Assembly (NCBI GenBank): GCA_030390025.1
Contig: JASTWF010000033.1
Span: 2,110,001 to 2,174,000 of the forward strand
DNA from: Squalus acanthias
Lineage: Eukaryota
Direction: 5' to 3'
Length of the DNA: 64,000 nucleotides
In this document: positions 25,401-38,097 of the stretch, one piece after another
Layout of the letters: each line of letters begins with the position of its first letter
Position numbering within the stretch: position 1 is the stretch's first letter
The notes under the pieces: model-generated
What the model was told of the DNA's origin: nothing
The model's database searches: none
Seen by the model: only the letters and a program-made list of their open reading frames with translations
Position numbers and translations under genes: made by a program

Positions 25401-28400
25401 TGTTTGATGGGACAGTGTAGAGGGAGCTTTACTCTGTATCTAACCCGTGCTGTACCTGCCCTGGGAGTGTTTGATGGGACAGTGTAGAGGGAGCTTTACT
25501 CTGTATCTAACCCGTGCTGTACCTGCCCTGGGAGTGTTTGATGGGACAGTGTAGAGGGAGCTTTACTCTGTATCTAACCCGTGCTGTACCTGCCCTGGGA
25601 GTGTTTGATGGGACAGTGTAGAGGGAGCTTTACTCTGTATCTAACCCGTGCTGTACCTGCCCTGGGAGTGTTTGATGGGACAGTGTAGAGGGAGCTTTAC
25701 TCTGTATCTAACCCGTGCTGTACCTGCCCTGGGAGTGTTTGATGGGACAGTGTAGAGGGAGCTTTACTCTGTATCTAACCCGTGCTGTACCTGCCCTGGG
25801 AGTGTTTGATGGGACAGTGTAGAGGGAGCTTTACTCTGTATCTAACCCGTGCTGTACCTGCCCTGGGAGTGTTTGATGGGACAGTGTAGAGGGAGCTTTA
25901 CTCTGTATCTAACCCGTGCTGTACCTGCCCTGGGAGTGTTTGATGGGACAGTGTAGAGGGAGCTTTACTCTGTATCTAACCCGTGCTGTACCTGCCCTGG
26001 GAGTGTTTGATGGGACAGTGTAGAGGGAGCTTTACTCTGTATCTAACCCGTGCTGTACCTGCCCTGGGAGTGTTTGATGGGACAGTGTAGAGGGAGCTTT
26101 ACTCTGTATCTAACCCGTGCTGTACCTGCCCTGGGAGTGTTTGATGGGACAGTGTAGAGGGAGCTTTACTCTGTATCTAACCCGTGCTGTACCTGCCCTG
26201 GGAGTGTTTGATGGGACAGTGTAGAGGGAGCTTTACTCTGTATCTAACCCGTGCTGTACCTGCCCTGGGAGTGTTTGATGGGACAGTGTAGAGGGAGCTT
26301 TACTCTGTATCTAACCCGTGCTGTACCTGCCCTGGGAGTGTTTGATGGGACAGTGTAGAGGGAGCTTTACTCTGTATCTAACCCGTGCTGTACCTGCCCT
26401 GGGAGTGTTTGATGGGACAGTGTAGAGGGAGCTTTACTCTGTATCTAACCCGTGCTGTACCTGCCCTGGGAGTGTTTGATGGGACAGTGTAGAGGGAGCT
26501 TTACTCTGTATCTAACCCGTGCTGTACCTGCCCTGGGAGTGTTTGATGGGACAGTGTAGAGGGAGCTTTACTCTGTATCTAACCCGTGCTGTACCTGCCC
26601 TGGGAGTGTTTGATGGGACAGTGTAGAGGGAGCTTTACTCTGTATCTAACCCGTGCTGTACCTGCCCTGGGAGTGTTTGATGGGACAGTGTAGAGGGAGC
26701 TTTACTCTGTATCTAACCCGTGCTGTACCTGCCCTGGGAGTGTTTGATGGGACAGTGTAGAGGGAGCTTTACTCTGTATCTAACCCGTGCTGTACCTGCC
26801 CTGGGAGTGTTTGATGGGACAGTGTAGAGGGAGCTTTACTCTGTATCTAACCCGTGCTGTACCTGCCCTGGGAGTGTTTGATGGGACAGTGTAGAGGGAG
26901 CTTTACTCTGTATCTAACCCGTGCTGTACCTGCCCTGGGAGTGTTTGATGGGACAGTGTAGAGGGAGCTTTACTCTGTATCTAACCCGTGCTGTACCTGC
27001 CCTGGGAGTGTTTGATGGGACAGTGTAGAGGGAGCTTTACTCTGTATCTAACCCGTGCTGTACCTGCCCTGGGAGTGTTTGATGGGACAGTGTAGAGGGA
27101 GCTTTACTCTGTATCTAACCCGTGCTGTACCTGCCCTGGGAGTGTTTGATGGGACAGTGTAGAGGGAGCTTTACTCTGTATCTAACCCGTGCTGTACCTG
27201 CCCTGGGAGTGTTTGATGGGACAGTGTAGAGGGAGCTTTACTCTGTATCTAACCCGTGCTGTACCTGCCCTGGGAGTGTTTGATGGGACAGTGTAGAGGG
27301 AGCTTTACTCTGTATCTAACCCGTGCTGTACCTGCCCTGGGAGTGTTTGATGGGACAGTGTAGAGGGAGCTTTACTCTGTATCTAACCCGTGCTGTACCT
27401 GCCCTGGGAGTGTTTGATGGGACAGTGTAGAGGGAGCTTTACTCTGTATCTAACCCGTGCTGTACCTGCCCTGGGAGTGTTTGATGGGACAGTGTAGAGG
27501 GAGCTTTACTCTGTATCTAACCCGTGCTGTACCTGCCCTGGGAGTGTTTGATGGGACAGTGTAGAGGGAGCTTTACTCTGTATCTAACCCGTGCTGTACC
27601 TGCCCTGGGAGTGTTTGATGGGACAGTGTAGAGGGAGCTTTACTCTGTATCTAACCCGTGCTGTACCTGCCCTGGGAGTGTTTGATGGGACAGTGTAGAG
27701 GGAGCTTTACTCTGTATCTAACCCGTGCTGTACCTGCCCTGGGAGTGTTTGATGGGACAGTGTAGAGGGAGCTTTACTCTGTATCTAACCCGTGCTGTAC
27801 CTGCCCTGGGAGTGTTTGATGGGACAGTGTAGAGGGAGCTTTACTCTGTATCTAACCCGTGCTGTACCTGCCCTGGGAGTGTTTGATGGGACAGTGTAGA
27901 GGGAGCTTTACTCTGTATCTAACCCGTGCTGTACCTGCCCTGGGAGTGTTTGATGGGACAGTGTAGAGGGAGCTTTACTCTGTATCTAACCCGTGCTGTA
28001 CCTGCCCTGGGAGTGTTTGATGGGACAGTGTAGAGGGAGCTTTACTCTGTATCTAACCCGTGCTGTACCTGCCCTGGGAGTGTTTGATGGGACAGTGTAG
28101 AGGGAGCTTTACTCTGTATCTAACCCGTGCTGTACCTGCCCTGGGAGTGTTTGATGGGACAGTGTAGAGGGAGCTTTACTCTGTATCTAACCCGTGCTGT
28201 ACCTGCCCTGGGAGTGTTTGATGGGACAGTGTAGAGGGAGCTTTACTCTGTATCTAACCCGTGCTGTACCTGCCCTGGGAGTGTTTGATGGGACAGTGTA
28301 GAGGGAGCTTTACTCTGTATCTAACCCGTGCTGTACCTGCCCTGGGAGTGTTTGATGGGACAGTGTAGAGGGAGCTTTACTCTGTATCTAACCCGTGCTG

Positions 28401-31400
28401 TACCTGCCCTGGGAGTGTTTGATGGGACAGTGTAGAGGGAGCTTTACTCTGTATCTAACCCGTGCTGTACCTGCCCTGGGAGTGTTTGATGGGACAGTGT
28501 AGAGGGAGCTTTACTCTGTATCTAACCCGTGCTGTACCTGCCCTGGGAGTGTTTGATGGGACAGTGTAGAGGGAGCTTTACTCTGTATCTAACCCGTGCT
28601 GTACCTGCCCTGGGAGTGTTTGATGGGACAGTGTAGAGGGAGCTTTACTCTGTATCTAACCCGTGCTGTACCTGCCCTGGGAGTGTTTGATGGGACAGTG
28701 TAGAGGGAGCTTTACTCTGTATCTAACCCGTGCTGTACCTGCCCTGGGAGTGTTTGATGGGACAGTGTAGAGGGAGCTTTACTCTGTATCTAACCCGTGC
28801 TGTACCTGCCCTGGGAGTGTTTGATGGGACAGTGTAGAGGGAGCTTTACTCTGTATCTAACCCGTGCTGTACCTGCCCTGGGAGTGTTTGATGGGACAGT
28901 GTAGAGGGAGCTTTACTCTGTATCTAACCCGTGCTGTACCTGCCCTGGGAGTGTTTGATGGGACAGTGTAGAGGGAGCTTTACTCTGTATCTAACCCGTG
29001 CTGTACCTGCCCTGGGAGTGTTTGATGGGACAGTGTAGAGGGAGCTTTACTCTGTATCTAACCCGTGCTGTACCTGCCCTGGGAGTGTTTGATGGGACAG
29101 TGTAGAGGGAGCTTTACTCTGTATCTAACCCGTGCTGTACCTGCCCTGGGAGTGTTTGATGGGACAGTGTAGAGGGAGCTTTACTCTGTATCTAACCCGT
29201 GCTGTACCTGCCCTGGGAGTGTTTGATGGGACAGTGTAGAGGGAGCTTTACTCTGTATCTAACCCGTGCTGTACCTGCCCTGGGAGTGTTTGATGGGACA
29301 GTGTAGAGGGAGCTTTACTCTGTATCTAACCCGTGCTGTACCTGCCCTGGGAGTGTTTGATGGGACAGTGTAGAGGGAGCTTTACTCTGTATCTAACCCG
29401 TGCTGTACCTGCCCTGGGAGTGTTTGATGGGACAGTGTAGAGGGAGCTTTACTCTGTATCTAACCCGTGCTGTACCTGCCCTGGGAGTGTTTGATGGGAC
29501 AGTGTAGAGGGAGCTTTACTCTGTATCTAACCCGTGCTGTACCTGCCCTGGGAGTGTTTGATGGGACAGTGTAGAGGGAGCTTTACTCTGTATCTAACCC
29601 GTGCTGTACCTGCCCTGGGAGTGTTTGATGGGACAGTGTAGAGGGAGCTTTACTCTGTATCTAACCCGTGCTGTACCTGCCCTGGGAGTGTTTGATGGGA
29701 CAGTGTAGAGGGAGCTTTACTCTGTATCTAACCCGTGCTGTACCTGCCCTGGGAGTGTTTGATGGGACAGTGTAGAGGGAGCTTTACTCTGTATCTAACC
29801 CGTGCTGTACCTGCCCTGGGAGTGTTTGATGGGACAGTGTAGAGGGAGCTTTACTCTGTATCTAACCCGTGCTGTACCTGCCCTGGGAGTGTTTGATGGG
29901 ACAGTGTAGAGGGAGCTTTACTCTGTATCTAACCCGTGCTGTACCTGCCCTGGGAGTGTTTGATGGGACAGTGTAGAGGGAGCTTTACTCTGTATCTAAC
30001 CCGTGCTGTACCTGCCCTGGGAGTGTTTGATGGGACAGTGTAGAGGGAGCTTTACTCTGTATCTAACCCGTGCTGTACCTGCCCTGGGAGTGTTTGATGG
30101 GACAGTGTAGAGGGAGCTTTACTCTGTATCTAACCCGTGCTGTACCTGCCCTGGGAGTGTTTGATGGGACAGTGTAGAGGGAGCTTTACTCTGTATCTAA
30201 CCCGTGCTGTACCTGCCCTGGGAGTGTTTGATGGGACAGTGTAGAGGGAGCTTTACTCTGTATCTAACCCGTGCTGTACCTGCCCTGGGAGTGTTTGATG
30301 GGACAGTGTAGAGGGAGCTTTACTCTGTATCTAACCCGTGCTGTACCTGCCCTGGGAGTGTTTGATGGGACAGTGTAGAGGGAGCTTTACTCTGTATCTA
30401 ACCCGTGCTGTACCTGCCCTGGGAGTGTTTGATGGGACAGTGTAGAGGGAGCTTTACTCTGTATCTAACCCGTGCTGTACCTGCCCTGGGAGTGTTTGAT
30501 GGGACAGTGTAGAGGGAGCTTTACTCTGTATCTAACCCGTGCTGTACCTGCCCTGGGAGTGTTTGATGGGACAGTGTAGAGGGAGCTTTACTCTGTATCT
30601 AACCCGTGCTGTACCTGCCCTGGGAGTGTTTGATGGGACAGTGTAGAGGGAGCTTTACTCTGTATCTAACCCGTGCTGTACCTGCCCTGGGAGTGTTTGA
30701 TGGGACAGTGTAGAGGGAGCTTTACTCTGTATCTAACCCGTGCTGTACCTGCCCTGGGAGTGTTTGATGGGACAGTGTAGAGGGAGCTTTACTCTGTATC
30801 TAACCCGTGCTGTACCTGCCCTGGGAGTGTTTGATGGGACAGTGTAGAGGGAGCTTTACTCTGTATCTAACCCGTGCTGTACCTGCCCTGGGAGTGTTTG
30901 ATGGGACAGTGTAGAGGGAGCTTTACTCTGTATCTAACCCGTGCTGTACCTGCCCTGGGAGTGTTTGATGGGACAGTGTAGAGGGAGCTTTACTCTGTAT
31001 CTAACCCGTGCTGTACCTGCCCTGGGAGTGTTTGATGGGACAGTGTAGAGGGAGCTTTACTCTGTATCTAACCCGTGCTGTACCTGCCCTGGGAGTGTTT
31101 GATGGGACAGTGTAGAGGGAGCTTTACTCTGTATCTAACCCGTGCTGTACCTGCCCTGGGAGTGTTTGATGGGACAGTGTAGAGGGAGCTTTACTCTGTA
31201 TCTAACCCGTGCTGTACCTGCCCTGGGAGTGTTTGATGGGACAGTGTAGAGGGAGCTTTACTCTGTATCTAACCCGTGCTGTACCTGCCCTGGGAGTGTT
31301 TGATGGGACAGTGTAGAGGGAGCTTTACTCTGTATCTTACCCGTGCTGTACCCTGCCTGGGAGTGTTGATGGGACCAAGTAGAGTGAGGCTTTACTCTGT

Positions 31401-34400
31401 ATCTAACCCATGCTGTAGCTGCCCTGATTTTTTCATGGCCCCTGTGCAGAGGGAGCTTTACTCTGTTTCTAACCGTGCTGTACCTGCCCTGGGAGTGTTT
31501 GAGGGGACAGTGTAGAGGGAGCTTTACTCTGTATCTAACCCGTGCTGTACCTGCCCTGGACAGTTTGATGGGACAGTGTAGAGGGAGCTTTACTCTGTAT
31601 CTAACCCGTGCTGTACCTATCCTGGGAGTGTTTGATGGGGACAGTGTGGAGGGAGCTTTACTCTGTATCTAACCCGTGCTGTACCTGCCCTGGGAGTGTT
31701 TGATGGGACATTGTAGAGGGAGCTTTGCTCGGTATCTCAGCTGTGCTGTACCTGCCCTGGGAGTGTTTGATGGGACAGTGTAGAGGGAGCTTTACTTCAT
31801 ATCTAACCCGTGGTGCACCTGCCCTGGTCGTGTTTGATGGGGACAGTGTCGAGGGAGCTTTACTCGGTATCCAGCCCGTGCTGTTGCTGCACTAGCAGTG
31901 TTTGATGGGACAGTGCGGAGGGAGCTTTACTATGTATCTAACCCGTGCTGTACCTGCCCTGGGAGTGTTTGATGGGACAGTGCAGAGGGAGCTTTACTTG
32001 GTATCCAACCCATGCTGGACCTGCCCTGGGAGTGTTTGATGGGGACAGTGTAGAGGGAGCTTTACTCTGTATCTTACCCATGCTGTACCTGCCCTGGGAG
32101 TGTTTGATGGGACAGAGTAGAGGGAGCTAACTCTATATCTTACCCGTGCTGTACCTGCCCTGGAAGTGTTTGTTGGGCCTGTGTTGAGGGAGCTTTACTC
32201 TGTATCTAACCCGTGCGGTACCTGCCCTGGGAGTGTTTGATGGGCCAGTGTGGAGGGAGCTTTACTCTGTATCTAACCCGTGCTGTACCTGCCCTGGGAG
32301 TGTTTGAAGGGGACAGTGCAGAGGGAGCTTTACTCTGTATCTAACCCGTGCTGTACCTGCCCTGGGAGTGTTTGATGGGACAATGCAGAGGGAGCTTTAC
32401 TTGGTATCAAACCCATGCTGGACCTGCCCTGGGAGTGTTTGATGGGGACAGTGTAGAGGGAGCTTTACTCTGTATCTAACCCGTGCTGTACCTATCCTGG
32501 GAGTGTTTGACGGGACAGTGCAGAGGGAGCTTTACTTGGTATCAAACCCATGCTGTACCTGCCCTGGGAGTGTTTGATGGGACAGTGTAGAGGGAGCTTT
32601 TCTCTGTATCTAACCCGTGCTGCTCCTGCCCTGGGAGTATTTGATGAGACAGTGCAGAGGGAGCTTTACTCTGTATCTAACCTGTGCTGTACCTGCCCTG
32701 GGAGTGTTTGTTGTGTCAGTGTGGAGGGAGCTTTACTCTGTATCTAACCCGTGCTGTACCTGCCCTGGGAGTGCTTGATGGGGACAGTGTAGAGGGAGCT
32801 TTACTCTGTATCTAACCCGTGCTGTACCTTCCCTGGGAGTGTTTGATGGGACAGTGTAGAGGGAGCTTTACTCGGTATCTTACCCGTGCTGCACCTGCCC
32901 TGGTAGTGTTTGATGGGGACAGTGCAGAGGGAGCTTTACTCTGTATCTAACCCGTGCTGTACCTGACCTGTGAGTGTGTGATGGGCCTGTGTAGAGGGAG
33001 CTTTACTTTGTATCTAACCCGTGCTGTACCTGCCCTGGGAGTGTTTGATGGGGACAGCGTAGAGGGAGCTTTACTCTGTATCTAACCCGTGCTGTACCTG
33101 CCCTGGCTGTGTTTGATGGGACAGTGTAGATGGAGCTTTACTCTGTATCTAACCCGTGCTGCACCTGCCCTGGTAGTGTTTGATGGGGACAGTGCAGAGG
33201 GAGCTTTACTCTGTATCAAACCCATGCTGTACCTGAACTGGTAGTGTTTGATGTGACAGTGTAGAGGGAGCTTTACTCGGTATCTAACCCGTGCTGTATC
33301 TGCCCTGGCAGTGTTTGATAGGACAGTGTGGAGGGAGATTTACTCTGTATCTAACCCGTGATGTACCTGCCCTGGGAGTGTTTGAAGGGGACAGTGTAGA
33401 GGGAGCTTTACTCTGTATCTAACCCGTGCTGCACTGCCTTGGGAGTGTTTGAATGGACAATGTAGAGGGAGCTTTACTCTGTATCTAACCCATGCTGTAC
33501 CTGGCCTGGGTGTGTTTGATGGGCCTGTGTAGAGGGAGCTTTACTCTGCATCTAACCCGTGCGGTACCTGCCCTGGGAGTGTTTGATGGGACAGTGTAGA
33601 GGGAGCTTTACTCTATATCTGACCCGTGCTGTACCTGCCCTGGGAGTGTTTGTTGGGACAGTGTGGAGGGAACTTTACTCTGTTTCTAACCCGTGCTGTA
33701 CCTGCCCTGGGAGTGTTTGATGGAACAGTGTAGAGGGAGCTTTACTCTGTATCTAACCCGTGCTGTACCTGCCCTGGGAGTGTTTGATGGGACGGTTTCG
33801 AGTGAGCTTTACTCTGTATCTAACCCGTGCTGTACCTGCCCTGGGAGTGTTTGATGGGACAGTGTAGAGGGAGCTTTACTCTCTATTTGACCCGTGCTGC
33901 ACCTGCCCTGGAAGTGTTTGATGGGACAGTGTAGAGGGAACTTTACATTGTATCTAACCTATGCTGTACCTGCCCTGGGAGTGTTTGATGAGACAGTGTC
34001 GAGGGAGCTTTGCTCTGTATCTAACCTGTGCTGTACCTGCCCTGGGGGTGTTTGATGGGAGAGTGTCGAGTGAGATTTACTCTGTATCTAACCCGTGCTG
34101 TCCCTGCCCTGGGAGTGTTTGATGGGACGGTTTCGAGTGAGCTTTACTCTGTATCTAACCCGTGCTGTACCTGCCCTGGGAGTGTTTGATGGGACAGTGT
34201 CGAGGGAGCTTTACTCTGTATCTAACCCGTGCTGTACCTACCCTGGGAGTGTTTGGTGGGACAGTGTAGAGGGAGCTTTACTTTGTATCGAACCCGTGCG
34301 GTACCTGCCCTGGGAGTGTTTGATGGGACAGTGTAGAGGGAGCTTTACTCTGTATCTAACCCGTGCTGTACCTGCCCTGGCAGTGTTTGATGGGACAGTG

Positions 34401-36884
34401 TAGATGGTGCTTTACTCTGTATCTAACCCGTGCTGCACCTGCCCTGGTCGTGCTTGATGGGGACAGTGCAGAGGGAGCTTTACTCGGCATCTAACCCATG
34501 CTGCACCTGAACTGGTAGTGTTTGATGTGACAGTGCAGAGGGAGATTTGCTCTGTATCTAACCCGTGCTGTATCTGCCCTGGCAGTGTTTGATGGGACAG
34601 TGTGGAGGGAGATTTGCTCTGTATCTAACCCGTGATGTACCTGCCCTGGGAGTGTTTGAAGGGGACAGTGCAGAGGGAGCTTTACTCTGTATCTCACCCG
34701 TGCTGTACCTGCCTTGGGAGTGTTTGATGGGACAATGTAGAGGTAGCTTTACTCTGTATCTAACCCGTGCTGTACCTGTCCTGGGAGTGTTTGATGGGAC
34801 AATTTAGAGGGAGCTTTACTCTGTATCTAACCCATGCTGTAGCTGCCCTGGGAGTTTTTCATGGCCCTCTGTAGAGGGAGCTTTACTCTGTTTCTAACCC
34901 ATGCTGTACCTGGCGTGGGTGTGTTTGATGGGCCTGTGTAGAGGGAGCTTTACTCTGTATCTAACCCGTGCTGTACCTGCCCTGGGAGTGTTTGATGGGA
35001 CAGTGTAGAGGGAGCTTTACTCTGTATCTGACCCATGCTGTACCTGCCCTGGGAGTGTTTGATGGGACAGTGTAGAGGGAGTTTTACTCTGTATCTAACC
35101 CGTGCGGTACCTGCCCTGGGAGTGTTTGATGGGACAGTGTAGAGGGAGCTTTACTCTGTATCTAACCCGTGCTGTACCTGTCCTGGCAGTGTTTGATGGG
35201 ACAGTGTAGAGGTAGCTTTACTCTGTATCTAACCCGTGCTGTACCTACCCTGGGAGTTTTTCATGGCCCTGTGCAGAGGGAGCTTTGCTCAGTATCTAAC
35301 CCATGCTGCACCTACCCTGGTAGTGTTTGATGGGAACAGTGCAGAGGGAGCTTTACTCGGTATCTAACCCGTGCTGCACCTGCCCTGGTAGTGTTTGATA
35401 GTGACAGTGCAGAGGGAGCTTTACTCGGTATCTCACCCGTGCTGTACCTGCCCTGGGAGTCTTTGATAGGACAGTGTGGAGGGAGCTTTACTCTGTATCT
35501 AACCCGTGATGTACCTGCCCTGGGAGTGTTTGAAGGGGACAGTGTAGAGGGAGCTTTACTCTGTATCTAACCCGTGCTGTACCTATCCTGGGAGTGTTTG
35601 ATGGGACAATGTAGAGGGAGCTTTACTCTGTATCTAACCCGTGTTGTACCTGCCCTGGGAGTGTTTGATGGGACAATGTAGAGGGAGCTTTACTCTGTAT
35701 CGAACCCATGCTGTTCCTGCCCTGGGAGTGTTTGATGGGACAGTGTAGAGGGAGCTTTACTCTGTATCTAACCCGTGCTGTACCTGCCCTGGCAGTGTTT
35801 GATGGGCCTGTGTAGAGGGAGCTTTACTCTGTATCTAACCCATGCTGTACCTGGCCTGGGAGTGTTTGATGGGCCTGTGTAGAGGGAGCTTTACTCTGTA
35901 TCTAATCCGTGCGGTACCTGCCCTGGCAGTGTTTGATGGGACAGTGTGGAGGGAGATTTGCTCTGTATCTCACCCTTGATGTACCTGCCCTGGGAGTGTT
36001 TGAAGGGGACAGTGCAGAGGGAGCTTTACTCTGTATCTCACCCGTGCTGTACCTGCCTTGGGAGTGTTTGATGGGACAATGTAGAGGTAGCTTTACTCTG
36101 TATCTAACCCGTGCTGTACCTGTCCTGGGAGTGTTTGATGGGACAATTTAGAGGGAGCTTTACTCTGTATCTAACCCATGCTGTAGCTGCCCTGGGAGTT
36201 TTTCATGGCCCTGTGTAGAGGGAGCTTTACTCTGTTTCTAACCCATGCTGTACCTGGCGTGGGTGTGTATGATGGGCCTGTGTAGAGGGACCTTTACTCG
36301 GTATCTAACCCGTGCTGTACCTGCCCTGGGAGTGTTTGATGGGGACAGTGTAGAGGGAGCTTTACTCTGTATCTAACCTGTGCTGCACCTGCCCTGGGAG
36401 TGTTTGATGGGGACAGTGTAGAGGGAGCTTTACTCTGTATCTAAACCCCTGCTGTACCTGCCCTGGGAGTGTTTGCTGGGACATTGTAGAGGGAGCTTCA
36501 CTCGGTATCTAACCCGTGCTGTACCTGCCCTGGGAGTGTTTGATGGGACAGTGTAGAGGGAGCTTTACTCGGTATCTAACCCGTGCTGTACCTGCCCTGG
36601 GAGTGTTTGATGGGACAGTGTAGAGGGAGCTTTGCTCAGTGTCTAACCCATGCTGCACCTGCCCTGGTATTGTTTGATGGGGACAGTGCAGAGGGAGCTT
36701 TACTCGGTATCTAACCCGTGCTGTACCTGCCCTGGTAGTGTTTGATGGGGACAGTGCAGAGGGAGCTTTACTCGGTATCTAACCCGTGCTGTACCTGCCC
36801 TGGTAGTGTTTGATGGGGACAGTGCAGAGGGAGCTTTACTCGGTATCTTCCCCGTGCTGTACCTGCCCTGGCAGTCTTTGATAG
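7439..36884 (+). repeat. 67-bp satellite (GGGAGTGTTTGATGGGACAGTGTAGAGGGAGCTTTACTCTGTATCTAACCCGTGCTGTACCTGCCCT), about 440 copies
   Basis: Direct periodicity. Indel-noisy at 7439-11330 and 13330-13820, apparently invariant at about 13820-31330, substitution-diverged at 31330-36884. Confidence 0.98.
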
Positions 36885-38097
36885 AATTGAGAGGCCGCAC
36901 AACACCAGGTTATAGTCCAACAGTTTTATTTGAAATCACAAGCTTTCGGAGCTATCGATTGCCCCTTCCTCAGGTGAAGTAAATAGATACAGAATGGCCA
37001 AAGCATATATAGATAGACAACAAAGCATGTGTACCTTACAATTGCAGACAACTAAATTAAATCATGCTGACTGTCTGCCGAGGTGTGATAAAGTTAATCA
37101 GGTCAGCCAGGAAGGTACCACATCAAAGACATAGCAAGATACAACTGAGACAATGAGGTGTAGTCGCAGGGGTTCTAACGTGTCAAAAGCTGCCGTCTGT
37201 ATGTAAAACGAAAAGCTTTAAAATTTTTACTTTTTTACTGGGAAAATTTTTACTTTTTTACTGGGAATCACATCTGTGAACAAGCCAACGACGACTCGAG
37301 TCTGGATCACGTCATGTATCGTGACATGAACCCAAGATCCCGGTTGAGACCGTCTTCATGAGTGCGCAACTTGGCTATCAGTTTCTGCTCAATGATTTTG
37401 CGTTGTCGTGTGTTTCTAAGGTTGCCTTGGAGAACGCTTACCCGCAGATCCGAGGCTGAATGTCCTTGACTGCTGAAGTGTTCCCCGACTGGGAGGTAAC
37501 AATCCTACCTGGCGATTGTTGCGCGGTGCTTGTTCATACGTTGTCTCAGTGTCTGCATGGTCTCGCCGATGTACCATGCCGCGGTGCATTCTTTCCTGCA
37601 ACGTATGAGGTAGACAACGTTGGCCGAGTCACATGAGTATGTACCATGTACCTGGTGGGTAGTGTCCTCACGTGTGATGGTGGTATCTGTGTTGATGATC
37701 TGGCATGTCTTGCAGAGTTTGCCGTGGCAGGGTTGTGTGGTGTCGTGGTCGCTGTTATCCTGAAAGCTGGGTAATTTGCTGCGAACGATGGTACTTCTGA
37801 GGTTAGGCGGCTGTTTGAAGGCAAGTAGTGGAGGCGTGGGGATGGCCTTCGTGAGGTGTTTGTCGTCATCGATGACATGTTGAAGGCTGCGAAGAACATG
37901 GCGTAGTTTCTCCGCTCCGGGGAAGTACTGGACGACGTAGGGTACCCTGTTGGTTGTGTCCCGTGTTTGTCTTTTGAGGAGGTCTATGCGATTTTTCGCT
38001 GTGGCCCGTCGGAACTGTCGATCGATGAGTCGAGCGTCATATCCCGTTCTTACGAGGGCGTTTTTCAGCGTCCGTAGGTGTCCATCGCGTTCCTCCT
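36885..38097 (-). mobile_element. 5'-truncated Penelope-like retroelement (RT thumb/linker and GIY-YIG endonuclease), with a 13-bp TSD
   Basis: The minus frame at 38095-37307 reads EERDGHLRTLKNALVRTGY...PCHGKLCKTC...SCDSANVVYLIRCRKECTAAWYIGETMQTLRQRMNKHR...VGEHFS...GLNRDLGFMSRYMT*, with a premature TAG at 37505-37507. CAGTCTTTGATAG flanks it at 36872-36884 and 38098-38110. AATAAA lies on - at 36925-36930. Confidence 0.92.
36936..36977 (-). ncRNA. Putative minimal type I hammerhead ribozyme at the Penelope 3' end
   Basis: Minus strand: UCAC-CUGAGGA-A-GGGGC-AAUCGAUA-GCUCC-GAAA-GC-UU-GUGA. It has the core boxes CUGANGA and GAAA, a 5-bp stem II, a 4-bp stem I and a palindromic AGCU in place of stem III. 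Confidence 0.65.

Noticed and set aside
13820..31330. Hammerhead ribozyme within the 67-bp monomer, as in newt satellite 2
   Set aside because: No CUGANGA plus GAAA core on either strand of the monomer.
37220..37265. 23-bp tandem duplication (aaaatttttacttttttactggg twice) in the Penelope 3' region
   Set aside because: Real, but most simply a local slippage with no evident function.
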